Position numbers and translations under genes: made by a program. Under the pieces are notes generated by a model, which worked only from the letters and a program-made list of their open reading frames with translations, was not told the DNA's origin and searched no databases. Below, one piece after another: positions 13,387-25,659 of a stretch of DNA of 64,000 bases (position 1 is the first letter of the stretch; each line of letters opens with the position of its first letter). Origin of the DNA: Chiloscyllium plagiosum (Eukaryota); the NCBI RefSeq assembly GCF_004010195.1, contig NC_057754.1:5929846-5993845 (forward strand). The letters are read 5' to 3'.

Positions 13387-13562
13387 GGTCAGGCAGCATC
13401 CAGGGAACAGGAGAATCGACGTTTCGGGCATAAGCCCTTCTTCAGGCTTATGCCCGAAACGTCGATTCTCCTGTTCCCTGGATGCTGCCTGACCTGCTGC
13501 GCTTTTCCAGCAACACATTTTCAGCTCTGATCGCCAGCATCTGCAGTCCTCACTTTCTCCTT
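13387..13562. mobile_element. Penelope-like mini-insertion forming a perfect 50-bp hairpin; 14-bp TSD
   Basis: Arms 13387-13436 and 13445-13494 with an 8-nt loop; TSD atttgttcacaatg at 13373-13386 and 13563-13576. Confidence 0.9.
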
Positions 13563-14089
13563 ATTTGTTCACAATGACAGGGAACGGGACTGTGCCCATT
13601 TAATACTCACTGATCTCCTCCCGAAAAATCCAGCGGCAAGATTCATTCTTATTCCTGTTTGAACCCTCTGTTAGGCACAGAGCAAAACTATTTGTCATGA
13701 CTCGACCAGATTCACTGACAACATTCATTCTACACAAATATATAAATCTAATTCCTTTGGAACGGTATAATGAGCTGTGTGAGTTTGCAGCAAACAGGAT
13801 TATAGGAAACGAGTTTAACAGCCTTTTCAAGAATGTAATCAAGAGTGTCAGAGATTTGAAAAAGGAAATCAAGCTCAAATATCACCTCTGTTCCTCGCTC
13901 CGCAGATGGATAATCATCCGGGGAGTATGTGCAGTTTTATGGTTAATAATTGATACCTTTCCCAAAGACAGAACAATCCCACAAATCAGAACTTGGAGTT
14001 TTAGAATAGGTGCTGCTTTATTCGACATTATTCTTCAACTACACTTCAGTCTGGTGCTCCAATAATTCCTGATTAACATCAGTAAAAGC

Positions 14090-14174
14090 AGCTTTAGACA
14101 AGCACTGAAATTACAACTGAGGCATTTTTACACGTTATTAAGTACCAAGTGCTGATCAGTTGCTCCATTGGAGC
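14090..14174 (-). pseudogene. Degenerate intron-containing tRNA-Ile (TAT type) relic
   Basis: ...acaactgaggcat[~12 nt]ttaagtaccaagtgctgatcagttgctccattggagc aligns to the reverse complement of tRNA-Ile-TAT with its intron. Confidence 0.65.
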
Positions 14175-15363
14175 TGCCGGCAACAAGCCTATAACGTGCC
14201 CTACTCGTACCTCTGGGACCTTCGACCCTCCTGTTCTACTTTTCCTATGGTTCTGAAATTAAAGCTAAGGTAGTGGAGGAAGAACCGATATGTACATGTG
14301 ACTATTCGAGCATCAGTTTCAGGAATTGGGACACAGAAAAATGTTGCGCAAAATAGACTTGATTGAAAACTGGGTTTCTGAGGGTTGCTGCGTTGTTTAC
14401 AGACAATGTTATATTATTGCTGTCACAGGGCTTCTCATTCAGTTTGCTTCAATTCGCTTCAACGACTCTTCACTAACTTCCTTCTGCAAGTTCCTACAGA
14501 CAACATGAAACGTACTGCACTCATCATCAATTTCACCAGGGCTACATCCAAGGACATGTTGCACAGTTTTCATGAATACTGAAGATATAAGAATGTCATT
14601 CAAGAGTAAATTGATTTTCAGTTTAAATTGTAAAGTGATAAGAAGCCAGAGTGAGATACTGAATGTTCCATATTCATGTTTATTACCGTGGCCAGAACTA
14701 TAGGCAGGCAAAGGAGAAATATTTCCCTGAATCCCCAATATCCAAACGGCCGTTTGCTCCATGTGCCCAGTTGGAAACCTGTGTGAAGGAGCATGCAGTC
14801 TGACAGAGCGCCTGGGAGAACCCTCCACTGTCTGATCTAAAGCCGCAACAGGAGCTGTGTATTCCAGCTGTGAGAGCAGTGGGTTAAAGGGGAGGACCTT
14901 GGTAATCCGTGGTGCAGATTCAGAGGGTCCTCGTCATGTCATTGTTTAAAACCCTCTGTCAGAAACAGCACAGACAGTGAGGAATAGGAGGCGGCCATTT
15001 CGCCCGCCAACGTTACCACGCCATTTGATGTCACCATGGCTGACCGAACACATCAATGTCTTTTCCCAGCATCCACATCAGCCTGTCGCCCAAAGCGAAA
15101 AAGACACTGAATAAACCGAAATACGCTGTGCAACTGTGGGAGGGAAATGTATTTAGTGTCAGTGAGCTTCTGCAGTATGTTTTGTGAGTGTGAAGCCGAT
15201 TCTGGGCTGATCATGTTCAAATGATATGATTCCCTCAAAACTCACAACCCAGAAAGTGAGGAATCTTCTCTGGTCAGTAGCAGGGCGGAGAACTCCAGAC
15301 GACGGGAACTGATGATGAATCAGCAGAACAATCATTCATTCAGCTGAAATCTGAACGAAACTA

Positions 15364-15455
15364 CGATTCTGGTGGGACTCAAACCCACAAACGTAGAATC
15401 ACAATCCTAACAATACAGTAGAAGTCCAACACGTCTTTCATTGTGCCACAGAGCT
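15364..15455 (-). tRNA. Intron-containing tRNA-Arg (TCT), probable pseudogene
   Basis: Reverse complement is AGCTCTGTGGCACAATGAAAGACGTGTTGGACTTCTA[19-nt intron, 15400-15418]ATTCTACGTTTGTGGGTTTGAGTCCCACCAGAATCG. A-box and B-box (TTC to TTT) are mutated. Confidence 0.85.
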
Positions 15456-15869
15456 GCGCGAGCCTCCATTTTACTGCACCCAACGTTGCGGTGTTCAAGT
15501 CTTTCATCAAACATCTGTTTATCCTCGCCCCACTTCCCAGTACCTGGTCCTTATCCATGCATGCACTAGCTCCTCAAATGTTCGGCTAAATACTCCTGAA
15601 GTGTTTTGATGACTCTTAGCTTTACTACACGTTCAAATCGTGAGTTCCAGACAAACAACATTCTCAGGATGTAAACATTCTTCCTAAATCTTCTCTGAAC
15701 ATCCTATATCTAGCGTTTTATCTATATCCCTGGTTATTGACCCTTCCCATAAGAAGTTTATTCCTATCACTCAGATTTATCCCCTTTCTGTGCACGTTTA
15801 TCAAATCCTCCCTCAGCTTTCTCTGCTCTCAGATAAAGAGCACCAGTCGAGCTCATCTATCTTAGTAGT

Positions 15870-16660
15870 GGCGAGAGTGTAGTGCTTTAAGAGCACAACA
15901 GGTCAGGCAGCAACCGAGGAGCAGGAGAATCGATGTTTCGGCATAAGCCCTTCATCAGGAATGAGATTTTTGTGTCGGGGTTGTGGGAGGAAAATGGGGT
16001 TGGTGGTCAGGTAACTGGGAAAGCGATAGTTAGATGAAGGTGAGGGAGAAGGTCATAATTCAGAAGGGGGATTCTTGGCCATTCATCTGGGGAGAGATTT
16101 TCCAGCCAAACGATCTGCCTTTGAACGAATGGTATGTGTAGGTGGGGAAGGAACGTGAAAGAAGGTGGACAGGGTCTAATATGATTGAACTCCATGTTGT
16201 GTACTGAATATTGCAAGGTCTCTCAGTAGGAAATGACGTGCCGCTCTTCCAATTCGCGCTGTGCTATGCGGGAGCTCTGCAGCAGACCAAACTGAAATGG
16301 AGGCATGGGAACACAATGGGATGTTGCAGTGACAGGAACATGGAAGTTCAGGGTTCTTTTTTGCTTGCAGACAGAACGTAGTGTACTTCCGTTTGAGACC
16401 CGTTCTGTTTTTCTCTCCCCAGTCGAGACGAGATCACATTGTGAGCTGGAAATGAATCTTGCGAATTTGGGTGCGGGGCAGAAAAACCACGGGAAGAGAC
16501 ATCGTAAACGAGCAGCATTTCACCTTCTGGAATTACGTGGAATGCTGCCATTTGGGAAAGTCCTGGGGGAAGTAGCATTGAACGAGGGTGTACAGACAGA
16601 AATTGTCCTGCATAGTGCCGGTATTCAGTTGTATGGGCTAGTGGGGAAAGGGTAGTAGAA
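15870..16660 (-). mobile_element. Penelope-like element 3' fragment
   Basis: Terminal repeat with a hammerhead-like core (reverse complement cctgatgaagggcttatgccgaaac, 15935-15959) and a degenerate GIY-YIG-region remnant near 16400-16450. Confidence 0.7.
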
Positions 16661-17887
16661 TATATGTCTTCCTAAGCTTCCTGCTGTAAGTAAACACTTC
16701 ACAATGGAGCAAAACTGCCAAATGATTTTCATTCCAACACTAACACTAGGTTTAGATTACAGAAGTCACCTGTTTGCAGTGTCACTGTCACTCTGTCTCC
16801 CCGGGAGCAGTAGGACTCCCCACGCTGATTCAGACAGCACAGTTCTTCCTGTGACATGTCCCTTTGAGAATGGAATGACAGGTATTAATAACCCATACTT
16901 GGAATGGAGTATCTGTATTGCTCAACAACAATCGATTAACTATATTAACTCCTTTTCAAATCACTTGACCCATAGCCTTGTATGTCTTGGCATCACAAAT
17001 TCACATCTAAATGCTTCGCAAAGTTATGTGGATTTCTGCCTCTCCGAGTCTTGCATACACTGTGTTCCAGAATTCAACCGTCCACTGTTTGAAAACGTTT
17101 TCCCACGCATTCACTCTAATCTTTCTGCCTCTGACCTTAAATCGATGCACCCCGCCCCCGTGATCGAAATCTCCATCAAAGTGTACGCTATCCATATCCC
17201 TCAGTATTTTGTGCATCTTAATCACGCCCCCCTCAATCTCCTCTGCTCAAAGAAAAACAACTCCAGTTTGTCCAATCTCTCTTCTTCAGCCAGAAAATAT
17301 CCTGGCAAATCTCCCCAGCATCGTTTCCAGTGTTATCACATCCCTGCTATAATGTGAATTGCATAACTACACACAATAGTCTCGCGAGACCCGAATGAAC
17401 AAATGAAATAAATGATGCGGAAGTCGACAGAAACAGGTGTTTTTTGAATAAAATTTCTTTTCCTCAATGCTGCCCTGTGCCCTTTTCCTGAGCCTGATGT
17501 TTCAATAATCGCTGGTCCATGTCAGTATAAGCTGTTACATGGGGATTGATCTCACACCCGCGTTATCGAAATGGATCAATTGGTTTGAAGGTCCCGATGG
17601 TGAGACTTGGGCATGGTCACCCAGCAACAGTGATCGCAGCCACACAGACTGAACGGGGTCAGTGTGAAAGTGATTGTAAAGGAAATGGACGGGGGAACTT
17701 TAAGGATGTAAGCGATTGCAGGAGGGAGGGAATTCTCCAAGAATGGATGGGTCTGATATCTGACTCGTAGAGATATGAGAGAGAGAGAGATTTGAAGGAA
17801 AAAAAATCATAATCTCTGAAAGTGCTTTCATCTAAAATCAACTAATTTCTTTCTGCGTTTCTTCTGCATGAGTCACAAGGAGTAAAA

Positions 17888-17960
17888 TGCGGTGACTCGG
17901 ATTCGAACGAGTTTACTGCGGCCACAATGCAGAATATTTTAACATTCAAACCATCACTGA
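17888..17960 (-). tRNA. tRNA-His (GTG), probable pseudogene
   Basis: tgcggtgactcggattcgaacgagtttactgcggccacaatgcagaat: B-box and anticodon arm retained, 5' arm decayed. Confidence 0.75.
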
Positions 17961-18414
17961 GTCATGCAGAGACACGCGTTTAAAATCAGCAATAATTACA
18001 GTGACAGAGAGCATGTTAGGAAGAGTAGCAGATGCACAACAGGAATATTAGGCAAGCGATAGCAGACATGTGGGAATTCAGAATTAGCTGAATCTGTAAA
18101 TTCATTATCCCAGACGCTGTACTGCATGTTGAAGACTGAGTTTGATAGATTTCTCGAAACAAAAAGGTTCAGGAGACTGTGAGGGATATTGGTGCAATAT
18201 GTGATTCAATAACAATGAGTTTTAAAGCGGTTGCTTCACCAACTTCCACACACTAGGAAGTACACATTGCTGCAGTCAGTCACATAACCCCAGTTCCGAG
18301 AACCGGAATTGGACAAACTTCGTGGAGCAGCCTCGAATACCAAACCGGAAGTGGGGTGGTAATGAGCACCTGAAGCTATTCTGTGGCACCAGTGACATGA
18401 TTGGTAAAGGCGCG

Positions 18415-18750
18415 GTCATAGAGTCATAGAGATGTACAGCATGGAAACAGACTCTTCGGTCCAACCCGTCCATGCCGACCAGATATCCCAACTTAATCTA
18501 GTCCCACCTGCCAGCACCCTGCCGATCCCTCGAAATCCTTCCTATTCATATACCCATCCAAATGCCTTTGCAATGTAGCAATTGCATCAGTCTCTACCAC
18601 TTCCTCTGGCAGCTTATTCCATACATGCACCACCCTCTGTATGAAAAAGTTACAGGTTAGGTTTTTTTTTATCTTTCCCTCTCAATCTAAATCTCCCCTC
18701 TAGTTCTGGACTCCCCGAACCCAGGGAAACGACTTTGACTATTTATCCAA
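18415..18750 (-). mobile_element. CR1/HER1 LINE 3' end
   Basis: gtcatagagtcatagagatgtacagcatggaaacag tail, typical of shark CR1 3' termini. Confidence 0.8.
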
Positions 18751-18859
18751 GAGCGTGAAATGCTGAGGCTGGGAGTGTTCTGTTCAAAGGCGGGGTGGAG
18801 GAACATGTTGCTTTCAATTTATGGTATTATTAAGATTCAGCAGCAGCATTAACCCGCAC

Positions 18860-18931
18860 GAAGGATTGGCTCAGAGGAAGCGTGCTGGAGCCTTAAATGA
18901 GAGGTCGATGTATTGAAAGCATTCTAAGAGA
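18860..18931 (+). pseudogene. Degenerate tRNA-iMet relic
   Basis: tggctcagaggaagcgtgctgg...gaggtcgatgtattgaaagcattct matches tRNA-iMet. Confidence 0.65.
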
Positions 18932-19479
18932 TTTCCCTTAACAGAGCGATATTTTGTTACTTTGACAGTAAGAACTGTTTTTGCTCACATCGTCTTCACA
19001 TCAGTCTCTTGCTCCAGTAAACACTCCAATCCAGCGTACATTGCTTCCATTCCAACACAGAAACGCGTCGTATTCTCTGTCCATCTGCGATAATCTGAAT
19101 TGGCAACGTTATTCTTTGAATGGAGAAATATAGCAGGGACTTGTTAGTGCAGCTGCGATCTATTGGGCTAGTAATCTTTGGAGACTGGAACGTGGCAGCT
19201 GCTGTTATTTAAATTCGATGAATAAAATCTGGAAAATAAACCCAATCTCAGGAACAGAGACAATAACTTTAATATGCTTAAAACTCATTCATTCATGTCC
19301 ATTCGAAAGGGAAATCTGCAGACCATAACGAGTCCTGTCAACATGTGACTCCAGACCCACAACAATATGGTTCAACCATGAATGCCCTCTGACTCAGTTC
19401 AAGGAGAACTAAGAATGAACAATTGCCCTTTAAACCAATGATAACAAAATTCCGTGGGAGAATAAGGAAGAATAAAAAT

Positions 19480-19790
19480 ACATGGACAACTGGGAAAATG
19501 GGAATCGTGTCTGTGTGGAGTCGAATTCAACTGATTATCGAACTAAATAGACAAAAGGATACCCGCAGCGCCAAGATGTCAGAGCCATTGGGTGACTGCA
19601 GTAAGGGATTCAATTAACCGCTTAGGTGTAAACTCACTTGCTCAGTCACAGTGCGCACAGGTCATTCACCACTCCCATACGTGAGAAGTGATCCCTCAGT
19701 AGACCAATGGACAGAGTCACCAGCAAGTTTACAAATGACAGTAGGTGTTTGATTCTGCTGTGATTGCAGCTGCTAATCCCAACCAGCAAT
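19480..19790 (+). pseudogene. Degenerate C2H2 zinc-finger exon relic (inverted paralog at ~27940-28260, minus strand)
   Basis: The minus-strand paralog translates ...NTVDKPFTSPVCGKG; the plus copy has gactgcagtaagggattcaatta and cacagtgcgcacaggtcattcacc. Confidence 0.6.
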
Positions 19791-20130
19791 GAACCATGCT
19801 TGGATGTGTGTTTCCAGTGGAGTTCCACTGTTTTCTGATGTCGACCAATAACTTAGAATTAGTTGTAGGACCCATGATTCAGAAAGTTGCTGATGATGCA
19901 ACAATAGGTTGTGTAGTTGACTATGACGAAGAATGTCAGAGACTTCAGGGATGTATCAATCAGATCGAAAGGAAAAATGGCAAATGGAATTGAATCCAGA
20001 CCAATGAGTGTTAACGAAATTGGGGAGAAGAAACAATAACAGTCAGTATTCTGTGTGGTGTAGACGGACAAAGACATCTTGGAGTGGACATTCATGATCG
20101 CTGAACATCAATGGACAGGGGAATCAGTTG

Positions 20131-22226
20131 GATGGAAGTGCGTACTGTAGATCCTGGAGATCAGAGTCAAGATTAGAGTGGTTCTTAAGAAGCACATCAG
20201 GTGCAGCATCTGAGTTGCAGAAAAAATAGTGACGTTTTGGGCAAAAGGCCTTCATCGGGAAAAGGACTGGGAGTAGCGAGGTTGACAGATAAATGGGAGG
20301 GGTGTAACTTGGGAGAATTTAGCTAAGAGTGCATTAGGTGGATGGAGGTGGGGTAAGAGTGTTAGGTCGGAGATGAGGGTGGAGCGGATAGGTGGGATGG
20401 ATGATAGACAGGTGGGACAGGTCAGTAGGACGTTGCTAAGCTGGAAGTTTGGAACTCGGGTAAGGTGTGGGGGGAAGGGAAGTGAGGAAACTGGTGAAGT
20501 CCACATTGATGCCATGGGGTTGAAGTGTCATGAGGTAGAAAATGAGATGCTCTTCCTCCAGACGTCGGGTGGTGAAGGAGTGGCGGTGGAGGAGGCCCAG
20601 GATCTGCATGTCCTCGGGGAAGAGGCGGGGGGGGGGGGGAGTTGAAGTGTTCAGTCACGGGCCGTTGGGGCTAATTGTTGCCATTTTCCTGGAGATGTTC
20701 TCTGAGGTGCTCTGCGAGATGGTGTCCGGTGGCCCCACTGTAGAGGAGATTGCATCAGGAGCAACAGATGCAATAAATGACATGTGTGGAAGTGCGGTGA
20801 AACTTTGATGCATGTGGAAGGCTTCCTTGAGACATTGGGCGGAGGTGGGGGTGTGTGGGCGCAGTTTTTGCAATTCCTCTGGCGGCAGAGGAAGGTGCTG
20901 GGAGTGGATGGTGGGTCAATGGACGGCGTGGACTTGACGAGGTAGTCGTGGGGGGAACGGTCTTTGTGGAAAGTGGATAGGGTTGGGGAAGGAAAAATAT
21001 CCCTGGAGGTCAGTGTTACTGATATTTTTTACAAACCCACTTACTCCCACAGCTATCTGGATTACACCTCCTCCATCCCATCTCCTGCACAAATGCTATC
21101 CTATGTTACCAACTCCTCCACCTCTGCCGCGTCAGCTCCCAGAGGACCAGCTCCACCACAGAACACACCAGATCGCATCCTTCTTTAAAGACTGGAATAA
21201 CCCTCCCATGTAGTTGAAGATGCCCTCTAACGCATTTCATCCATGTCCCGCACATCCATTCATGAACACCACACCTACAAACACAACAACAACAGAAAAA
21301 GGACAGAGGAAGGTCTTCACTTTCCATTCCACCAACCTCCGGATAAATCACATCATCTGCCGACATTTTCGCCACCTCTAAATTGACCCCACCAACAGGG
21401 ATATATTTCCCTCCCCAAATCTATCAGCTTTCCTCAAAGACTTTTCCCTCCGCGACTACCTAGTCCTGTCCACACCCTCCAATGACCCACCATTCCCTCC
21501 CGGCACCTTCCTCTGCCACCGCAAGAATTGCAAAACCTGCACCCACATCTTCCCCCTCAACTCTGTCCAAGACTCCAATGGTGCCTTCCACATCCATCAA
21601 AGTTTCACCTGCACTTCCACACTTGTCATTTGTTGTATCTGCTGCTCCAGATGCTTTCACCTCTTTATTGGGGAGACCGGATGTCTTCTGAAAGTGCACT
21701 TCAGAGAACATCTCCAGGACACCTGCAAGACACAACTCCACTGCCACATGGCCAAACATTTTAGACTCCCCCTCCCACTCTCCCCAGGACATGCAGGTCC
21801 TGGACCACCGCCATCGCCACTCCCCCACCACCCGACGCCTGGAGGAAGAATGCCTCATCTTCTTCCGTGGGACATTTCATCCCTGTGGCATTAATGTGAA
21901 TTTCAACAGTGTCCTCATTTCCACTACCCCATATTACCCCAGCTCTAACCTTCCATCTCAGCACCGTCCACCTGACCTGTCCCACCTGTGTATTTTCATT
22001 CCCACCTATCCACGCCACCTTCGACTCTGACATATCAACTTCACCCCCCACCTCCATCCAGCTACTGCACTCTCAACTGCCTTATCACCAGAACCCCCTC
22101 CCATTTATCTCTTCAACCCAGAGGCTCCAGGTCTCATTCCTAATGAAGGGCTTTTGCCCGAAACGTAGATTTTTCCTCAGATGCTGCCGGACCTGCTGTG
22201 CTTCTCCAGCACCACTTTCATCTTGA
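20131..22226. mobile_element. Penelope-like element with inverted structure (minus 20131-~21010, plus ~21015-22226)
   Basis: Plus part encodes an RT C-terminal remnant FYKPTYSHSYLDYTSS and a GIY-YIG remnant CICCSRCFHLFIGETGCLLKVHFREHL. The minus part mirrors its 3' half. Degenerate 13-bp TSD at 20118-20130 / 22227-22239; absent from the paralogous arm near 35515. Confidence 0.85.
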
Positions 22227-23169
22227 GGTGAACCAGTTGATTGAGAGAGTTTTTGGATATTTTCTGTTGTTGACCACGGGCTGTGGACGATATCAGAACT
22301 TTAGCAACCACCAGCTGAGGGAATAGCTAAATGACTGAGCACAAGTCTGGTCACTGCATTAATCAACATTTATTAAATTTTAAGATAAAAGATTGAAGGC
22401 TGAAGTATGCAACTTCGCCCATCAAGACTGCTTCATCACTCAATGAGTTTATCACTGATTCCTTTCCATGTCACGGCGCAATGGGCCTTGGAAGGGAACT
22501 TGCAAATCGTGCCGGTTCATTGCATCTTCCAACCTTGTCCTTATAGTCAGTACAGCTGACTCCATTCTCCTGCATTGCCTTCAGCTTTGAAGGTTCTGTC
22601 AAAAATGCCCGGATGACTTACTCTAGTGCATCGTGTAGTTCGTGCACTCTGCTGCAATTGTGCCTTAGCGGTGAAGGGAATAAACATTCAGGTATTGAAT
22701 AGGGTACAATCAAGTGACAGCATTGTCGTGGATGGTGTCCAGTTCCTTAAGTGTTATTGAAGTTACGCCCATCTACGCAAATGCAGAGAGTTCTGTTCCA
22801 CAGCTCATTTATGCCTTGCAAACGGCGTCGGATTCACGGAGCAATGAGTTGAGTTTATAATCAAAAACTGTCTACCAACGGACATGTTTTTGTTATCAAA
22901 ATTTTTATATAGCCAGTCTCAATTCGGTTTTCCTAAACACTAGCTCCGTGGACGATTATTAAGGGGGATTAGGTCACAGTAAAGCAATTGAATGTCAATG
23001 GGATATGATTAGATTCTTATTTGTCATGTTATCATTACTCTATTTCGTCCTTGTGTGGACCAATCTGATTCCAATCGCTATCTGATTTCAAGTTCCAATT
23101 CACGTCTGTCTTTGAAATTTCAACCGTTGCCTCACAGAATTTTCTCCACCTGCCTTAATAATATGTAAG

Positions 23170-23690
23170 GACACTGCAGGGGACAGCAGAGATTTACGAG
23201 GATGTTGCCAACACTGGAGAAAATTGAGCTACGTGGCATGATTGGTTAGGCTGGGATTATTCTCCTTGAAACAAAGGAGGTGGTGGGGAACTCTATAATC
23301 ACATAATAACATTTATAAACGTTCAATATTCATGGGATCTTGACAGGGTAACTATGGGCAGGTGGTTTACCTTCGGGTATGAAGAGCGCACCAGAGGACA
23401 TTAACTCACAATTAGTTATTGCCTAATTTATTAAGAAATGAGGAGTAATTTCTTTGCTAAGGGGCCAATGATTCTGTGCAACCTTTACAGAAACTGTTGT
23501 TGAGGCTGAGTTGTTATGTATTTTAAAACTTTGCCAAATAGATATTTAACCAAAAAGACGATGAACCTCTGACGAGGTAGGGCAGGAGAATGGAGTTGAA
23601 GATGATCAGATCAGCCATGATTTCATTGAATGGTGGAGCAGACTCGATGGGCTGAATGGCCGACTTTTAATCCGACATCATTTGGTCTAA
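23170..23690 (+). mobile_element. CR1 LINE 3' fragment(s)
   Basis: agatttacgaggatgttgcca... and tail gaatggtggagcagactcgatgggctgaatggcc. Confidence 0.7.
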
Positions 23691-24062
23691 CACATTATTT
23701 TATTGATAAATTTAGAATTCTGAGTGGATGGGATGAAGTGATAGAAAAGGCTTCTCAAGCTGATCATACAGATCAGGAACTAGACTCACAAGCTCATGAA
23801 CAAGAAATTTGCTGTGGCCTGGAGACAACAAATGGCACTGGGCACACCGCAGATGGGTATGTGCAGAAGTTGTGATTGCTAAAGAAAATTGGTGGAACTA
23901 ATATTGTTGGCATCTTGGTGATCACGCTGGATGATGGATCGCGGTGTGATTCACACAGCAATTGTTTGTGAAAGAATGAAAAGTTTGTTTCATTGGAGAA
24001 GATTTAAGCAGTTCCAGTTCCAATTGACTGTTTGAAATACTGATCAGACCTTCGTGTGGAGT

Positions 24063-24379
24063 TCAAAGTTTGTGCGAAGATTTGTAGCTCGGGTGCTCGT
24101 TGTTGTGGTTCTGTTCGCCGAGCTGGAAGATTTTGTTGCAAACGTTTCGTCCCCTGGCTAGGCGACATCATCAGTGCTTGGAAGCCTCCTGCGAAGCGCT
24201 TCTTTGATGTTTCCTCCGGTGTTTATAGTGGTCTGTCCCTGCCGCTTCCGGTTGTCAGTTTCAGCTGTCCGCTGTAGTGGTTGGTATATTGGGTCCAGGT
24301 CGAGGTGTTTGTTGATGGAGTTTGTGGATGTACTAAGGATAGCTGGTCGTGTCGTTTCGTGGCTAGTTGATGTACATCA
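24063..24379 (-). mobile_element. Penelope-like 3' fragment (second family) flanked by a 73-bp duplication
   Basis: Flanks 23990-24062 and 24380-24452 (6 mismatches); the paralogous arm near 33500-33575 has one copy and no insert. Confidence 0.8.
24138..24177 (-). ncRNA. Putative minimal type-I hammerhead ribozyme
   Basis: Reverse complement reads gca-CTGATGA-t-gtcgcct-agcc-aggggac-GAA-ACGT-T-tgc: intact core, stem II, palindromic helix III and a 3-bp stem I. Confidence 0.7.
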
Positions 24380-25244
24380 TCATTGGAGAGGTTTTCTGCA
24401 GTTCCAGTTCCAATTGACTGTTTGAAGTACTGATCAGACCTTTGTGTGGAGTGGTACATCAAAATACAGATTCACAATCCCACTGGATAAACTATTGCTC
24501 TCGATCTCTCCTTATTTGTTTCTCTTTCATTCGATGTAAATTCATAGAAAGTCTAGATGGAATGCAGGAAGGAAAGAAAAGTTGCACTCCTTTACATTAT
24601 ACCAATTTAACTTACAACAGAATCAAATTGGTTTATTTCGACTTTGATGTGGTATCAATTTATCGCAAATCTCCAGTGCAATGAAGGGCAAGAGCAAGAT
24701 TCTCCATCCAATGTGTACTAAAGATGCGAGGCACAAAGGAAAACCTCAGCTGCGTTTGCTAGAAGTAACAACCAGAGTAGGATTTGTACCCACTTGTGCA
24801 CAATGAATTGACCCTGGATTTATAGGACTTATTAGATCCGTAATTCCAGATATTTATTGAATTCCAATTCTAACACCTAGCAAGGTCGGAGTCAAACCCG
24901 AGTCCGTGGTGTCTGAATTAACAGTCCAGTGGGAAGAGCACTCGGTCATTGTGGAAAACCGGTGAAACTGATCTTTTCCAATGAAGTCGCTTTTCCCCGA
25001 TACTGTCCTGTCAATTTCCTGAGCTTGACCCTCCAATAATATCTGGTCAATGTCAGTAAAAGCTGCTACATGAACATTGATCTCACAACAACGGTCACCA
25101 AATGGATCAACTGGTCATCTGCCCCGATCGTGGGGTTGGGGCACTTTCACCCAGCAACAGTGACCGCAGCAGCACAGACTGAAAGGTATCAATGGGAGAG
25201 TCAGTGTTAGTTTCTGCAGTGCCTTAATGAAACAGGAAATGTCT

Positions 25245-25372
25245 CCACAACCACATGATAAAAGAGCAGCGCTCCGAAAGCTAGTGTTTCAATTAAACCT
25301 GTAAGACTATAACCTGCTTTTGTGTGATTTTTAACGTTGTACACCACAGTCCAATACTGGCATCTCCAAAAT
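25245..25372 (+). mobile_element. Penelope-like terminal fragment (third family) with mutated hammerhead core
   Basis: cacatgataaaagagcagcgctccgaaagctagtg...ggcatctccaaa; same family as 33964-34157. Confidence 0.7.
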
Positions 25373-25587
25373 AATGAAATGGGGGTGTGGGACGAAAAGT
25401 TGGGTTTGTGATCATAGGAGGGAAGAAATCTCTGAGAACGGGTGGATTTGAATTCTGCCATATGAAACATAGATATGTGAGCGAGTAGAATTTGAAGGGA
25501 AAAAACCATCACCTTGGAGAAAATTACCATGTTAAAACAACTGATTCCTTTGTGTTTCACAAAAGCTGGGGCAGATAGAACAATTAT

Positions 25588-25659
25588 TGCAGTGACTCGG
25601 ATTCGAAACAAAGTTGCTGCAGCCGCAAATCAGAGTACTAACCACTATACAATAACATC
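25588..25659 (-). pseudogene. tRNA-His pseudogene
   Basis: tgcagtgactcggattcgaaacaaagttgctgcagccgcaaatcagagtactaaccactatac; anticodon mutated. Confidence 0.75.

Noticed and set aside
13321..13530. ORFs on both strands sharing the peptide QAASREQENRRFGHKP
   Set aside because: Trivial consequence of the perfect hairpin.
14867..14935. Possible additional tRNA-Ser relic (and Val-like relics at ~3665-3735 and ~5292-5366)
   Set aside because: Similarity too weak to call by eye.
16704..17357. 217-aa plus-strand ORF
   Set aside because: Spans tRNA-unit spacer and an antisense CR1 fragment; not conserved in the inverted paralog.
17369..17380. Palindrome GTCTCGCGAGAC (TCTCGCGAGA promoter motif)
   Set aside because: Lies at the edge of a decayed CR1 fragment with no CpG-island context; likely chance.
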